A stretch of DNA of 63,845 nucleotides, filler included, from Craspedostauros australis (taxonomy: Eukaryota): NCBI GenBank assembly GCA_030167865.1. It is 7 parts of 7 records of this genome, joined end to end, with 100 filler letters (N's around TTAATTAATTAA, not from the genome) between each part and the next. Parts side by side here need not be neighbours in the genome. Positions count along the whole stretch, not along the records: positions 9,287 to 39,479 come from JALAGF010006561.1; positions 39,580 to 53,685 come from JALAGF010006565.1; 5 more parts are not named here. One strand, given 5' to 3'. The notes under the pieces were generated by a model. The model made no database searches. It saw only the letters and a program-made list of their open reading frames with translations, and was not told the DNA's origin. A program made the position numbers and the translations under genes. Of the stretch, positions 36,019 through 48,676 are shown piece by piece; within the stretch, counting starts at the first letter, position 1; the number at the start of each line of letters is the position of its first letter.

Positions 36019-36744
36019 GTAATCCAATGGCATACATGCCCGATCGGCGGAATTAACTGCACTGTACACTTTAACAATACACTCTACAAATATAAGACTA
36101 TTATACTTCAACTCAACTATGTCAATGTCGTACGATTCGAGTAGAGCAAGGATACAATGATGTGGATGCACAGACAGATGCATGCATCGACATCGACAAA
36201 CATGAGGCGATAAGGAGAGGAAATACGTCGCGAATACTCCATGACAACCGTGCCGATGCAACAGAAGGAACCACAGGCGACGAGTATTTGCATCATGATG
36301 TGGTTAGTGGCTCCATGTCTCCCTCCTGGTTTCAACCAACGACAGACTCCTTCTGACGTTTCTCTCCCACGTTGGAGTCCACGTACATTCCATGATCTTC
36401 CTTGGAACAGATTCTTGGTCGTTCTTGTGATGTCTATTCCATCGTTTTCGTCTCCACAACAGACAGCATCCTCTGCGTGCCTACCCATCGCCGGTGCAGG
36501 TACAAGTGATGTTGGCAAGAATGTTCGTGGAGGCGGTGTCCGCTGGGGCAGCACGAGGCGATAGAGGAGCATGCGCAGTTCTAGCCTCCCTCTCTCTCTC
36601 TCTCTGGGGTCCCCAGTCCGCTTAATACGTAGTGTCTATTCTATTAATATTATATTGACAGCTCAGCGCTCTTTCCAACATCGCACATCTATGTAATTGT
36701 ATCAACAACGAGCCTGGCTTTCATTGAATCATACAATCATACCT

Positions 36745-38502
36745 CTAAAACACGCCGGTCAACGGACACCCAAAGATGATACCTTCCATGCGATGCCACG
36801 ATCGATGCCGTCCCATGGCAATCATCCAACCGTTCTGTGCAATCACCATGCGATCTTCTTCATGCTGCAGATAGTACCGAATTTTGCGACGCAGATCGGT
36901 GATGTTATGGAAGAATACGATGGACTTGCCGTCCTCCACCCCGACTGGCGCCGCCAGCATGGCGTCGTGTATCACCAACGGGCCATGCGCCATGGCCTCG
37001 AACAGTCGGTAATGATCTTCCCATTCATCGCGCTGCGTCACGACGACGATCTTTGCGGAGAGCAGCGCCGTGACGTACCGTTCGTCGACGCCATTGCGCC
37101 CCTTCGATCCCAAGTTTCCCTGGATTTTGGTGGATGCGACGATCGGTCGTTGTGGTGTGAGAGACGGTCCGCGGACGATGGGAGCCGCACTTTGCGTCTC
37201 GTTGATTGGATAGATCATCTTGCCATTCAGCTTGTTCAAGGTCTTGGAGACCATCGATCTGAAGTTCCCCGCGTCGGCAGTATCCTCTGCATTCCACAGA
37301 TGTATGACATCGACAGGCCGATGCGTGTGCGGTGGCGGGTGCTTTGCGAATCCTGTCAGCACCGACGCCTTGCTGAGTTGAGGTGACATGGGTTGATCGG
37401 TGTGGTTGAATGTGGGCAGAACCAGGCGGAGGGCATTGACGATGTCACCTCTTACGGCATACGGAGCCGGGATGGGTGCGCCGCCAGTGTTGTAGGTGTA
37501 TGTATGAATCTTGTGGTCCAATTTGCCAGGGTACACTGCATTCAAGTTGGATTGCCATCGGCGGAGTCTGACGCGAGATCGTACTGCGTAGCGCACATGT
37601 GGGTAGAGGCCCGTTTTGTGGACGTCGGGCGTTGCGTTCGCACTGGCAACAACAACAGGAGCAATCGTTGTCGACATTGTCGCTGACGTTGCAGCTGTTA
37701 TTGGTACATCTCCGACATCCTCACCCTCTGCAACAGCTCCTGCTGGTTCCGTACCGTTGATCACATGGCCACCTGCATTGAGGGATGTCTGCATATCACC
37801 TTTGGGACGTTTCAGACCGTATTCTTTCGCCCATCCGCGGCTATAGAAGTCGCTGTAATCCACCAGAAGCACCTTCCAATGTGGATTGGGCGCCTGGATC
37901 AACCACTTCATCATTTCCATCTTCTGCGGCGGTGGCTCCAAACACCGCGCGATATCGATGATCCATAACTGCACATCCTTGTAGAGGTCATCCTGCGGAC
38001 AACCTTGGTCGCCTTCCATGTAACAGATCGTGCGCAACGCGAGCAGAGACGATCCAATAACGCCATCCAAAAGGATGTGCTTGCCTTCGTGCAGCAGGGT
38101 GGGATTGCGGCTCGTGATGACTCCGACTTGGATGGGATCTTCGACAGTCGCATCGATGGAGTCGTAGACCGGATCATTGTCCGCCGCGTTGCAACCGAAT
38201 TGGCTTGCGACATGCGTCCATGCGAGCGAATGGGATTCTTGCGCATCGCTGCTGTTGCAATTGGACGCGCTCGTGCCTGGTTGATCCGACATGCCCATCA
38301 TCTGGGTGTTCATAACGATGAAGTCTCCGAAACTCCGCATGTTGAGCAATATCGAAATGCCTGCACTCGCGACGACGAACAGAAAGGCACGGGAGTTGGT
38401 CCAACGGCGGCTCCGCCGATCGCCGCCGGGCCTTGTCGTTGCCATGATGTTGGGATCGATGTGAGTGAGTGGGTGGTGTTGCTGTTGATTGTATGGTGGC
38501 AA
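36745..38502 (-). CDS. Type II membrane glycosyltransferase (GT-B, Glyco_trans_1_2/CgeB-like C-terminal domain)
   Basis: N-terminal TM AFLFVVASAGISILLN. C-terminal RLFEAMAHGPLVIHD..EDGKSIVFF..DLRRKIRYYLQHEEDRMVIAQNG..RH signature. Confidence 0.85.
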   Translation of the reverse strand: MPPYNQQQHHPLTHIDPNIMATTRPGGDRRSRRWTNSRAFLFVVASAGISILLNMRSFGDFIVMNTQMMGMSDQPGTSASNCNSSDAQESHSLAWTHVASQFGCNAADNDPVYDSIDATVEDPIQVGVITSRNPTLLHEGKHILLDGVIGSSLLALRTICYMEGDQGCPQDDLYKDVQLWIIDIARCLEPPPQKMEMMKWLIQAPNPHWKVLLVDYSDFYSRGWAKEYGLKRPKGDMQTSLNAGGHVINGTEPAGAVAEGEDVGDVPITAATSATMSTTIAPVVVASANATPDVHKTGLYPHVRYAVRSRVRLRRWQSNLNAVYPGKLDHKIHTYTYNTGGAPIPAPYAVRGDIVNALRLVLPTFNHTDQPMSPQLSKASVLTGFAKHPPPHTHRPVDVIHLWNAEDTADAGNFRSMVSKTLNKLNGKMIYPINETQSAAPIVRGPSLTPQRPIVASTKIQGNLGSKGRNGVDERYVTALLSAKIVVVTQRDEWEDHYRLFEAMAHGPLVIHDAMLAAPVGVEDGKSIVFFHNITDLRRKIRYYLQHEEDRMVIAQNGWMIAMGRHRSWHRMEGIIFGCPLTGVF

Positions 38503-41500
38503 TCCTTGTATTCGTGCTTGTGGCTGGAGTATGGAGTACGATGCACAGATCTATAACACGATCACTTGTGTGATGCACGGGGATGAGATTGGGCCATAGG
38601 CAACGACTCGATTCCGCGAAGCCACCACTCAACCAGCACCCGCCAAACCAACCAACCAATTCAATTGTAGGCTCGTGCGGGTGTGGTATGAGCAAGGTAA
38701 GTGGATCGTCGGGAAGCATGTTGTGCCCCGCTCCAAGCAGAGCACCCCATCAGCAACTTTGTTCTGTTGGTGTGGGGGCAAATGTTCCGCTGGTTTGTGC
38801 AGAATGTCTCAAAGCGAAGCGTTGCGGCGGAAGTACGATCCAAGACAACCAACGCGAATCTTGGACTACATCGATTACATCAACTTAGTTGTCGCCGCGA
38901 TCCCCATCTGCAAAGACAGATAGCGAGGAAAGAGCGAGAGACTTCGATAGTCCATTATCACGATCTAACTGTGATCAGCATGACTTTGTGCTCTCCATCA
39001 ATCGTTCTACACCTGTGATGTCATAGCGTACTCTATCACCGATACGTCCCAGCACATCGGAATGCATAACAGGTTTGCCACTACCGCACAGTTGCTCTCT
39101 TGTTAATACGAGCCCCTCGAGCGAGTCGACCAACTGTTTGAAATGAAGAGTCTAGTCGTTTTTCTGGGATTTTTAAACTAATAACAAATACATAATCCTC
39201 GTAGTATATTTACATATGGTGGACCCTTTCAGATTCTACTTGGTTTCATTTTAAGTTTTATGGAGTGATCTATGTGTGCATTGCAGTCGCGTTGATCCAA
39301 CAGCAGCAAATTCGTTAGTTTCTGCCGAAGGTTCGANAATGTTCTCATGCATTTATCGTGAGGTGATAAGTCACGGACCTGCTTCCGAAGGTGCCGGTCG
39401 TTTGGTACGCGTTAATTACACGTTAGCATGTGGCACCTGATTCCACATTCTGCTCGTCACAAAACACATGACACAAAACNNNNNNNNNNNNNNNNNNNNN
39501 NNNNNNNNNNNNNNNNNNNNNNNTTAATTAATTAANNNNNNNNNNNNNNNNNNNNNNNNNNNNNNNNNNNNNNNNNNNNGGACGTTGGACGTTGGACGAT
39601 TGGCGTTGGATTGGCTGTCGAGGATGTCTGTGGTCGGAGCTGCCTATGGAAGAGATATCGATGGTGGTGTCTGCAACAGCTTGTATTAGTATGAGTATGA
39701 GTACCATACGCTGTGTGATGAATATGAGTGGCAATTCGATGTTTGTTGTTGATGCGCTGGAGTATGGGGTTGAGTGGTGTGTGTGTTGTTGTCTTGTTCG
39801 CATGGTCTCCTCCTTCTCTCTTTGTGTTTGCCTGTGTTTGTCTCCTTCTCTTGATCAAACGCGTCTGNTTCGCGCGGATTGGATCTTTCTGTTCCCATCC
39901 ATCACGAAAATGCGTGCGACCAACAACAAGAAAGAAGCACCACAACAGAGTTCTCGTTTGGCCACAATCAACACAACACCAATCCGAAGCAAACAACGTG
40001 AAAGTCTTCGGAAACACAGACAGCTGTCATCGTCGCCACCGCCGCCGCCATCACCATGTGCACCATGGCCCACGCTTGCTTGCGTCATCGTGGCATCTGC
40101 AAGACCGCTGACCCTTGTCCGCCTGCTATCGCAAGCACCAACTTGAGGTGTGAGCCAATGCCTCGAACAACCATGAAGCCACCAATGTGACTGCCTTGGT
40201 TGGTTTCAACCNNNNNNNNNNNNNNNNNNNNNNNNNNNNNNNNNNNNNNNNNNNNNNNNNNGAGGTGTGAGCCAATGCCTCGAACAACCATGAAGCCACC
40301 AATGTGACTGCCTTGGTTGGTTTCAACCCATCTCATTTGGATTTGACTGGTTGCCATCCCACCGCATTGCGACCATAACCATCCGCGCAGGCAACAAGAG
40401 TCCCCAACATCCAACCAACACCACATTGCGTATTGGGATGAGTTGGCATGTTCGGCAATCAACAGGCGGAGCGATACCGTGCCGCCTCCACTGTTCCTGC
40501 TGCATGGACCACCAACATACAATACCATGCGCGTTCTATCCACAGGCAGAAGCACCGCCGTCTTGGCTCGTGACTTCCAGAGCATCGATGCCCAACCGAG
40601 GCGATCGACAGGAACATCCGTCTCATCAACGAAGTTGGGAGCACCACGAAGGAGGACATGTGGAGATACGGTGCGCGCATGGGCCATGGATCGCTGACCG
40701 TGTGCTTCTTGCGCCATATGGAACTCTGTGTCAACCATGATCCGCAATACTGCACTCGCACTCTGCATGGGGTTGCTTGTTGGTTCGTTGGTTCGTTGGT
40801 TTCTTCTTTTGCTCGTCAAGCTCTCTGGATGCTTGGACTGCGCTAGCTCGTCGGTTCTTGTCTTTCCGTCACGCTGGCACTGTTCGCTTCGAAGATTGGA
40901 ATGAATGGTGACCCTGGCAATTGTTGCTGTAACCGCGAGTGATTGCTCCTCCTCGGACTTGATAAGGGTCTCGACTGCAGTGTTGGCATAATGGTGGGAG
41001 TGCAACTCATGGAGAGATGAGGACAATAGCGTGATACGGGACGGTCGATGGAACCGTGCAGCAACCATGCTCCTCGCGGCTTCTCACCATCTCCCTCTGC
41101 CTTGTTCGCCATGTGTTCTTCGTAGATCGCCTCTTCCAGCAACTTGGATCGACTGGCATCGGCACTGTTGCTTTGCATCTGCTTGGTAGTGTAACTTGGA
41201 GTGGAGATTGCTCTGTGTGCGAATCCGGTGGCATCGTGACGACCGCACGGCTTGTGATACTGCTGCTGCCATGCGTCCTTTGCCTGTGCAACGAACCAAC
41301 AACGATGCTGATGGCGGAGTGTGGATGGAACCACAGATGTCCAATCCGTTCATGAATGACATCGGCAACATCCCTGTGTGGGTATGTACCGCAGAGAGCG
41401 GACCAGACTAGTCGTTGACAAGGCGGAGGCAGCATGGGAGCAGTATCCAGCCCTTCAATCTCTTGAAACATCCGGTGCCTTCATCACAGCGTTCTATTGC

Positions 41501-44500
41501 ATCAGCAGATATAGTACATGCGGTACTGTTCCAAACATACGTAGAGCATTACAGTCTATTCGTAGGTGTATTACATTACAGCGACATGAGTCTACCACAC
41601 CTCTATGAGTATGATACAAATACGGAGCGGCCCATCCATCTCATTCCATCCCATCATGTCGTGATGCATCACGGGGTGGGAGTTTTGGTACCATTCATCA
41701 AGGGATGGCGGTACTGAGACGCGCTCTTGCTCCTGACCGCTTTCTTTGGTGTGAGTTGCAGTGGTTTTGTGCCGGACAGCTTCTCATGGTAGACAACATC
41801 GCGAGTCGATGATCTGCTTCGTCCACGGCGATTNNNNNNNNNNNNNNNNNNNNNNNNNNNNNNNNNNNNNNNNNNNNNNNNNNNNNNNNNNNNNNNNNNN
41901 NNNNNNNNNNNNNNNNNNNNNNNNNNNNNNNNNNNNNNNNNNNNNNNNNNNNNNNNGATCTGCTTCGTGGTCGCGCCGATGGTGATCGTTCATCAGAGGA
42001 CTTCCTTCGCTGATCTTCGCCACATGGTGTCGATTGGCTACGGCCACGTTGATTTGGTGTTCGCGAACTTCCCCGGGCATGCGTTCGTGAAGGTGAGCCC
42101 TTGCGTTGGTGCAAACCAGTACCGGTGGAGTGCGCATTTGAGTTGGATTGGCGTGAACGTGAGGCTGCGTTCACATCGTCCGAACTGCCAGATGTTCGTT
42201 GGCGTCGTGATGATGGCGATGAGTCCATCGATACTTGCGCAGTCTTCTGCGGCCGCGATCGGACGGGCTTCGACGACTCCGCGCCGATGGCGAGCAGCGG
42301 CTTCTTCCAGAGGAGCAAGTGTGAATTGCTCCGTCACGACGATGGCACAATGATGTCGAATGCTCCACACTCTTTGATCTTGACGATGTTGAATGCAGCT
42401 TGCCACTGGCGTGCTGTGCGCTTCTCCGCCAATGCCGTGGCGACGGTGATCTCGATGGTAATATCAATGGTGATGACACGTCTCTTGTTTTGCTGGAGTG
42501 GTGATGTCGGGCCCATTGCCAAGCACCTTGGAGATCCTTTCCTTGATCTCATCGCGCAGAGCACCCGTGCTTCGTCCACGTGAACGTCGTTGCTTCGAGT
42601 CTTCACTTGGGCGAAACGAACTGCATGCAGATCTGTTGTGAGAAGGAGCCCCTCGTCCCTTCTTGCTCGATTGCAATTCGATTCCCAAACTCAAGGCTCC
42701 AGGACTGGATGGGGCTTGGGATTGTGGCCGAGACACCTCCGTGGTTGCGTTCGAACTGTTGAAGATTGAGTTTGGATTTGGACTGCGATGATGATGACGG
42801 TAGCGACAATGATGACGCCTTTGCAGATGCTTTGGTCAAGGCAAGATCGGCCAATTGCGATGGTCGACATTCGAGAGATGGTCGTTGCTTCGATTTGGCA
42901 GGATTGGTCGACGACACTTCACGTAATGATGATCGTTTGGCCTTGAGGATGCTGTCCAACGTCGACCTGCACTTGTTCAACGACCAAGACTGTTGTCTCT
43001 CTTCATGTGTGCGGCTGAAGGGAAAGGGGGCTGGTGTAGATGCCGCGCTCCGACCTCCAGGTGTGACAGGGGCCACAGAGCTTCTCCCACCGTTCATTGC
43101 AGCAGCACTTGTCGCAGCGCCGACGTTGTCATCATCGTCGTCATGGAGACTTGGCAGAATGGACAGTTACTCCAAGCTCTTGCTGCGTGACGTCTCCGTT
43201 GTCGCAACTCGAGGTAGAGCCGGGGTGCTGGCTGCGCTCATCGCGCCTGGTATGTCTGATGTGTATGTTGTGCCTGGCATGTGGTGTCCATCCTTCGAGC
43301 ATTCCAAACTCTTGCTCCTCGATTTGGCGCTGCTGGTCGTTCCGTTGGAATTCGTTTGTGTCCTTGGCCTGCGTCTCCGACTCTGGGCAAGCTTCGTCTT
43401 GTCTTGACTGCTCCGTTCTCGGGTCGCGCCGAGTGCTGGGGTTGTGGCGAAGCTGAGTCCACCTGGGGTGTTTGGCACCGGCATTGGTTTGTTGTTGTTG
43501 AACTTGCTGGGATCAAGGGAGCTGAATGACATCTCATGAGCTTGCATGTTGAGCATGTCCAGACTCTTCGCACATGATCGTTTCACAGCCAAAGCTTTCG
43601 CATCTTTGGCTGTACTTCTATTGGCCCTGCTTGGTGTATCTGTGCTGACACTCGCACGACGACCTGATTTGCAGCTGCTTTGGCCTCTTTGGCTATGATT
43701 GTGGGCTTGCTCGCCTTTGATTTCGTGTCAGCCTGTTGAGGTTGCTTGGTCTCTATGTTCTTCTCTGCTATCAGTCTGACACCGTCCTCTTCCAGCAACT
43801 TCGATCGTCATGACCTCATGACCGAGCGAAGGTTCGAACAGAGTATCAGGCTGGACGCTTTGTTGTGGCAACTCCCAGAGTAGATCGTATTCATGGAAGG
43901 TTCCATACTCATAGTCGTATGACGGGTGGGTCAAGATGCGGAGCAACTGGCGAGCCTTCCCACAGTTCCTCTTGGATGTCGATTCTTTGTCATCTTGTCT
44001 GATTGTTTGTGTTTGCGTTGGTGTTGTTGGTGGTGGTACCAATTGTGAAGGGATGCGGCGCCGTTGGAGGGGTTGCCATCGCCATCACCATCACCATCGC
44101 CATCACCATCGTCGAACAGAGTTGCATTGTGTGAAGATAACAGAGAGGTGATGTTCGTCGCGAGTGTTTGTGTGTGTCATTGGTTGATTGAACGACGGAT
44201 GGCAGACAGACGAGTGCCCCACCAAACGCGCCAACAATTCTTGATACCACCCGAAACAACGAATCTTCGATTTTGCACATGATTCATCAAACAACATCAA
44301 CATCAACACAAAAGAGAGAGAGAGAGATGAAATGGCATGACTATGCTTGCATTGATAGAGGTATCAACCAACACTGAGACATTGGCTGTCAAGCAATGAA
44401 GAAATGAAGCAGTAGAGTAGCCAAACAAGCGGCAGCTGCGCAAAATATGGCACGCCAATAGAATCAACGAAGGCGACCATGGCATGAGACGATGATGATG

Positions 44501-45634
44501 ATGACGCTGATACAGATGATGAATGGCAAGCGGTGATGAACAGCGATATCAAACGTGTCGCATCACTCAGCGACATCCGAAAGGAAGATATCACACAAAC
44601 TGCTCCGGAGTAGAGGAGAGCTTGGGACATGGGCAATGGCAGCACCAACAACAGAGCCAACAGCCATGGCAAGAAATGTCATGGCCCATGGTGCGGTCTG
44701 GATTCAAGTCATCAGCAGCCGCGCGCACGCACAGAAACGTACGATGCGGTGTAGGAAACGGAGATTCAACACATGTTGAACGGGTGCATCTGTGAGATTG
44801 GACGCAGCGACTTTTCCCGAGACCAACAGAGCCATCAGTTTGGAGATGTTCCTCAGTCCCCACTACACGCACCACAACCAGCCACGCCTGTTCATACCGA
44901 TGCTCGAAACGATACGTTGCCACCACAAACCGCAAACGATGAGACAGAGGCACTGTCTCCTTGGATCCACCATTATTGAAATCCTGTGCAATGACGTTGG
45001 CAACTTCTCCCATTGCTCGTCATCTTTGTCGGCCATACCTATCGAAACCATGCAGCAGCTGTTGGCATGCGCTTGTGCCCTGCGCGACATCATGCTCGAA
45101 CTGCAGCACCACCACCACCACCAACAACAAGCTAACTGTCGCAATACGCTCCACTTCATCAAGTTGGATTCGATTCCTACAAGCCATGCATGACACCCGC
45201 GAGGTCCACCATAGCTTCCCACACAACTCCTTCCACACCCGCGAAACCAACGAACGTGGAAACCATATGATCGGCAATGACGACCACAACGATGACAGCG
45301 GTGGCTGGACCATCTTCTTCATGTCGCATTGGCCACTGATGCTGCACACCAACGTGCCTTACACCAACCAGGATCATCTGCAATTCATTCACAGAAGATT
45401 ATGCGTATCTCGCGGCCCAACCAGACCGCGCTGCGAACGATAGGGTGGACGGTGAAGGAATGCCGGACGCACCATTCAATGAATCGATCATAAATTGCTC
45501 CAGCTCCTTTCATATAGTTACTATCCTAATGACTATTCTGACGACTATTTTTATCCATCAACTCAATTCTGTCATGCGTTCACTTGTGGAAGATTTCTGG
45601 TACGGTATGGCATGGTATGAAATGGTCTGACACT

Positions 45635-46470
45635 TCACGCCTCTTCTGCAGCAGCACCGTCCGTCTCAACCACTATGGATGATTTGGTAGTCATAGAGCG
45701 GACGAAGTCCACCAATGTCACCCAATCCATGTATGAATCCACTTGTGCTGTACCCTTGTCCTCATCTATGACCTTGTACAGCTCCACCATGGACATGTGG
45801 CTGTACTCATCATCAATACCATCACTCTCCGCTCCCCCATCGCGGAGGATATGAATGCCTCCCATCAGTTGAGGTTGTAGAATTAGTTTGCTTAAATCTA
45901 GATGAGTGAACGTATCCTTCTCACTTTCAGCTGCCATTCTCATCGCCATATCCTTCAACACCATGCAGTTGTGCTGATGAGCGAATATCAACACATCTAT
46001 CATGCTGTCTTCTGTGAGATGCTTGCGGGCCAACTCCACTTCAAGAACAAGCTTGAGTCGTCAGAAGCCAAACTCGTTGGCCACAAGGATCAGCTGTTGC
46101 AGATCATCCTGTCCAGTGAGGATGGGAGTTGGCTGGTGAGAGGCATCTGTATCGTGGTGAGCGTTGGCGTGAGCACCGATGTGAGTGGCGGCGTTGTCAC
46201 GAGCGCTGTCATTGAAGGATATCTCGCCTGTGTAGATGCATTGGAGGACGTATCGGACGTGCCTTGGTTGGAGGTGGGGAAGAGGGATGGTTGTTTGGAT
46301 TGAGCCGCGCCGTCCTTGGTGCCATCATGTGCGCATTGATGTTGGATTCCAGAGTTGATCAGTGTCTGAATGGATGGGACAGCGATCATGAGGACTCCAG
46401 AGTTTGCCTTGATTGGTTGTTGTTGGTCGCCCTGTCCACACAAGAAGATGGTGTCTGTCCTGTTCTCAGT
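45635..46470 (-). pseudogene. BTB/POZ remnant of ANK copy 4
   Basis: Same TAA and same DGAA frameshift as copy 1. The downstream ELARKHLTEDSMIDVLIFAHQHNCMVLKD portion is open. Confidence 0.8.
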
Positions 46471-48090
46471 TTAGGAGGATTTGAGTCGGTCTTCTCCAAT
46501 GCTGACATTGGTCCTCTTGTTGCTGCTGTGTTTGTGTTCATTCTCTTGGCTCTTTCGCTTCAACTGCTGTCTCAACTGTTCTTGTGGTTGTTCATTTGCT
46601 TGTTCGTTTTGTTGTAAGTGTTGCTGCAGTTGTTGCAGTTGTGAGTGAACTGAAGGTGAAAGTCCTCTAATGAGGGACTCCATACACTCCAGGTGGCCGT
46701 TGTAGCATGCCCAACGAAGGGGAGTTTCACCTTTGTTGTTTTGACAGTTGATGTTCGCCCCACCTGATTCGATGAGGTACTTCACACACTCCAGGTGGCC
46801 ACGCATGCATGCCCGATGAAGGGGAGTGGAACCAGAGTTGTTTTTGCAGTTGATGTTCGCTTCACCTGATTCAATGAGGTACACAACACACTCCAGGTGG
46901 CCACGCGTGCATGCCCAATGAAGGGGAGTGGAACCATAGTTGTTTTGGCAGTTGATGTCCGCCTCACATGATTCGATGAGGTACTTGACACACTCCAGGC
47001 AGCCGTTTATGCATGCATGATGAAGGGGAATGCAGCCATAGTTGTTTTTGCAATGGATGTTTGCCTCACATGATTCGATGAGGTACTTGACACACTCCAG
47101 GTGGCTGTTGATGCATGCCAGATGAAGGGGAATGTCACCATCGTTGTCTTTGCAGTTGATGTCCGCCTCACATGATTCAATGAGGTACTTGGCACACTTC
47201 AGGTGGCCGTTGTAGCATGCCAGATGAAGGGGAGTGCGACCATAGTTGGTTTTGCAGTTGATATTCGCCTCACATGATTCGATGAGGTACTTCACACACT
47301 CCAGGTGGCCGTTGCAGCATGCCCAATGAAGGGGAGTGTAACCATCGTTGTTTTTGCAGTTGATGTTCGCCTCACATGATTCGATGAGGTACTTGACACA
47401 CTCCAGGTGACCGTTGTAGCATGCCAGATGAAGGGGAGTGTCACCATCGTCATCTTTGCAGTTGATGTCCGCCTCACATGATTCAATGAGGTACTTGGCA
47501 CACTTCAGGTGGCCGTTGTAGCATGCCAGATGAAGGGGAGTGCGACCATAGTTGGTTTTGCAGTTGATGTTCGCCTCACATGATTCGATGAGGTACTTCA
47601 CACACTCCAGGTGGCCGTTGTAGCATGCATCATGAAGGGGAGTGTAACCATCGTTGTCTTTGCAGCTGATGTCCGCCTCACATGATTCGATGAGGTACTT
47701 GACACACTCCAGGTGGCCGTTGTAGCATGCATCATGAAGGGGAGTGCGACCAGAGTTGTCTTTGCAGTTGATGTCCGCCTCACATGATTCGATGAGGTAC
47801 TTCACACACTCCAGGTGGCCGTTGTAGCATGCCAGATGAAGGGGAGTGCGACCAGAGTTGTTTTTGCAGTTGATGTCCGCCTCACATGATTCGATGAGGT
47901 ACTTCACACACTCCAGGTGACCGTTGTAGCATGCCCAATGAAGGGGAGTGGAACCACGCCAGTCTGTAGTAACCTCGTTGACATCAACTCCTTCATTCTG
48001 CGTCTTATTCTGCTTCTTCCACTCCTTCAACACTGACAAGTCACCTGCCTCGACAGCATCAATGAGTTGTTGGTTGGTAACACTCGGCAT
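46471..48090 (-). CDS. Ankyrin-repeat protein, copy 4 (N-cap + 13 repeats + Q-rich coil)
   Basis: Thirteen repeats in an intact 539-aa ORF ending EDRLKSS*. Confidence 0.93.
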   Translation of the reverse strand: MPSVTNQQLIDAVEAGDLSVLKEWKKQNKTQNEGVDVNEVTTDWRGSTPLHWACYNGHLECVKYLIESCEADINCKNNSGRTPLHLACYNGHLECVKYLIESCEADINCKDNSGRTPLHDACYNGHLECVKYLIESCEADISCKDNDGYTPLHDACYNGHLECVKYLIESCEANINCKTNYGRTPLHLACYNGHLKCAKYLIESCEADINCKDDDGDTPLHLACYNGHLECVKYLIESCEANINCKNNDGYTPLHWACCNGHLECVKYLIESCEANINCKTNYGRTPLHLACYNGHLKCAKYLIESCEADINCKDNDGDIPLHLACINSHLECVKYLIESCEANIHCKNNYGCIPLHHACINGCLECVKYLIESCEADINCQNNYGSTPLHWACTRGHLECVVYLIESGEANINCKNNSGSTPLHRACMRGHLECVKYLIESGGANINCQNNKGETPLRWACYNGHLECMESLIRGLSPSVHSQLQQLQQHLQQNEQANEQPQEQLRQQLKRKSQENEHKHSSNKRTNVSIGEDRLKSS

Positions 48091-48676
48091 TTTGAGAGTG
48101 TGGTGGATGGTCGATGGTTGCTGGACGATAGACGTTGGACGTTGGACGATTTACGTTGGATTGGCTGTCGAGGATGTCTGTGGTCGGAGCTGCCTATGGA
48201 AGAGATATCGATGTTTGTGTATGCAACAGCTTGTATTAGTATGAGTATGAGTATCATGCACTGTGTGATGAATATGAGTGGCAATTCGATGTCTGTTGTT
48301 CACGCGGTTGAGTATGGGGTTGAGTGATGTGTGTGTTGTTGTCTTGTTCGCATGGTCTCCTCCTTCTGTTTGCCTGTGTTTGTCTCCTTTTGATCAAACG
48401 CGTCTGGTTCGCGCGGATTGGATCTTTCTGTTCCCATCCATCACGAAAATGCGTGCGACCAACAACAAGAAAGAAGCACCACAGCAGAATTCTCTTTGGT
48501 GGGTCTTCGAAAACCCGAATCTTCGACTGATACGACTATGAGTCAGATCACCAAAGAAGATCGATGTCTGTGTTGACATCTGTCGAAGCACAACGAATGC
48601 GAGAGATCAATCATCGTTGCACGCAACTGGTTCGAAATGGTCGTTGGGTGTTTCCATTGGTCTGAACGGTCTCGTG

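Larger units (their letters stand above)
39580..48676 (-). repeat. ANK-BTB repeat unit U4, most complete copy (leader-ANK-BTB-D-B-C) plus the next unit's leader (39580-39950)
   Basis: All blocks are present in order. The leader recurs at both ends, showing head-to-tail tandem organisation. Confidence 0.9.
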
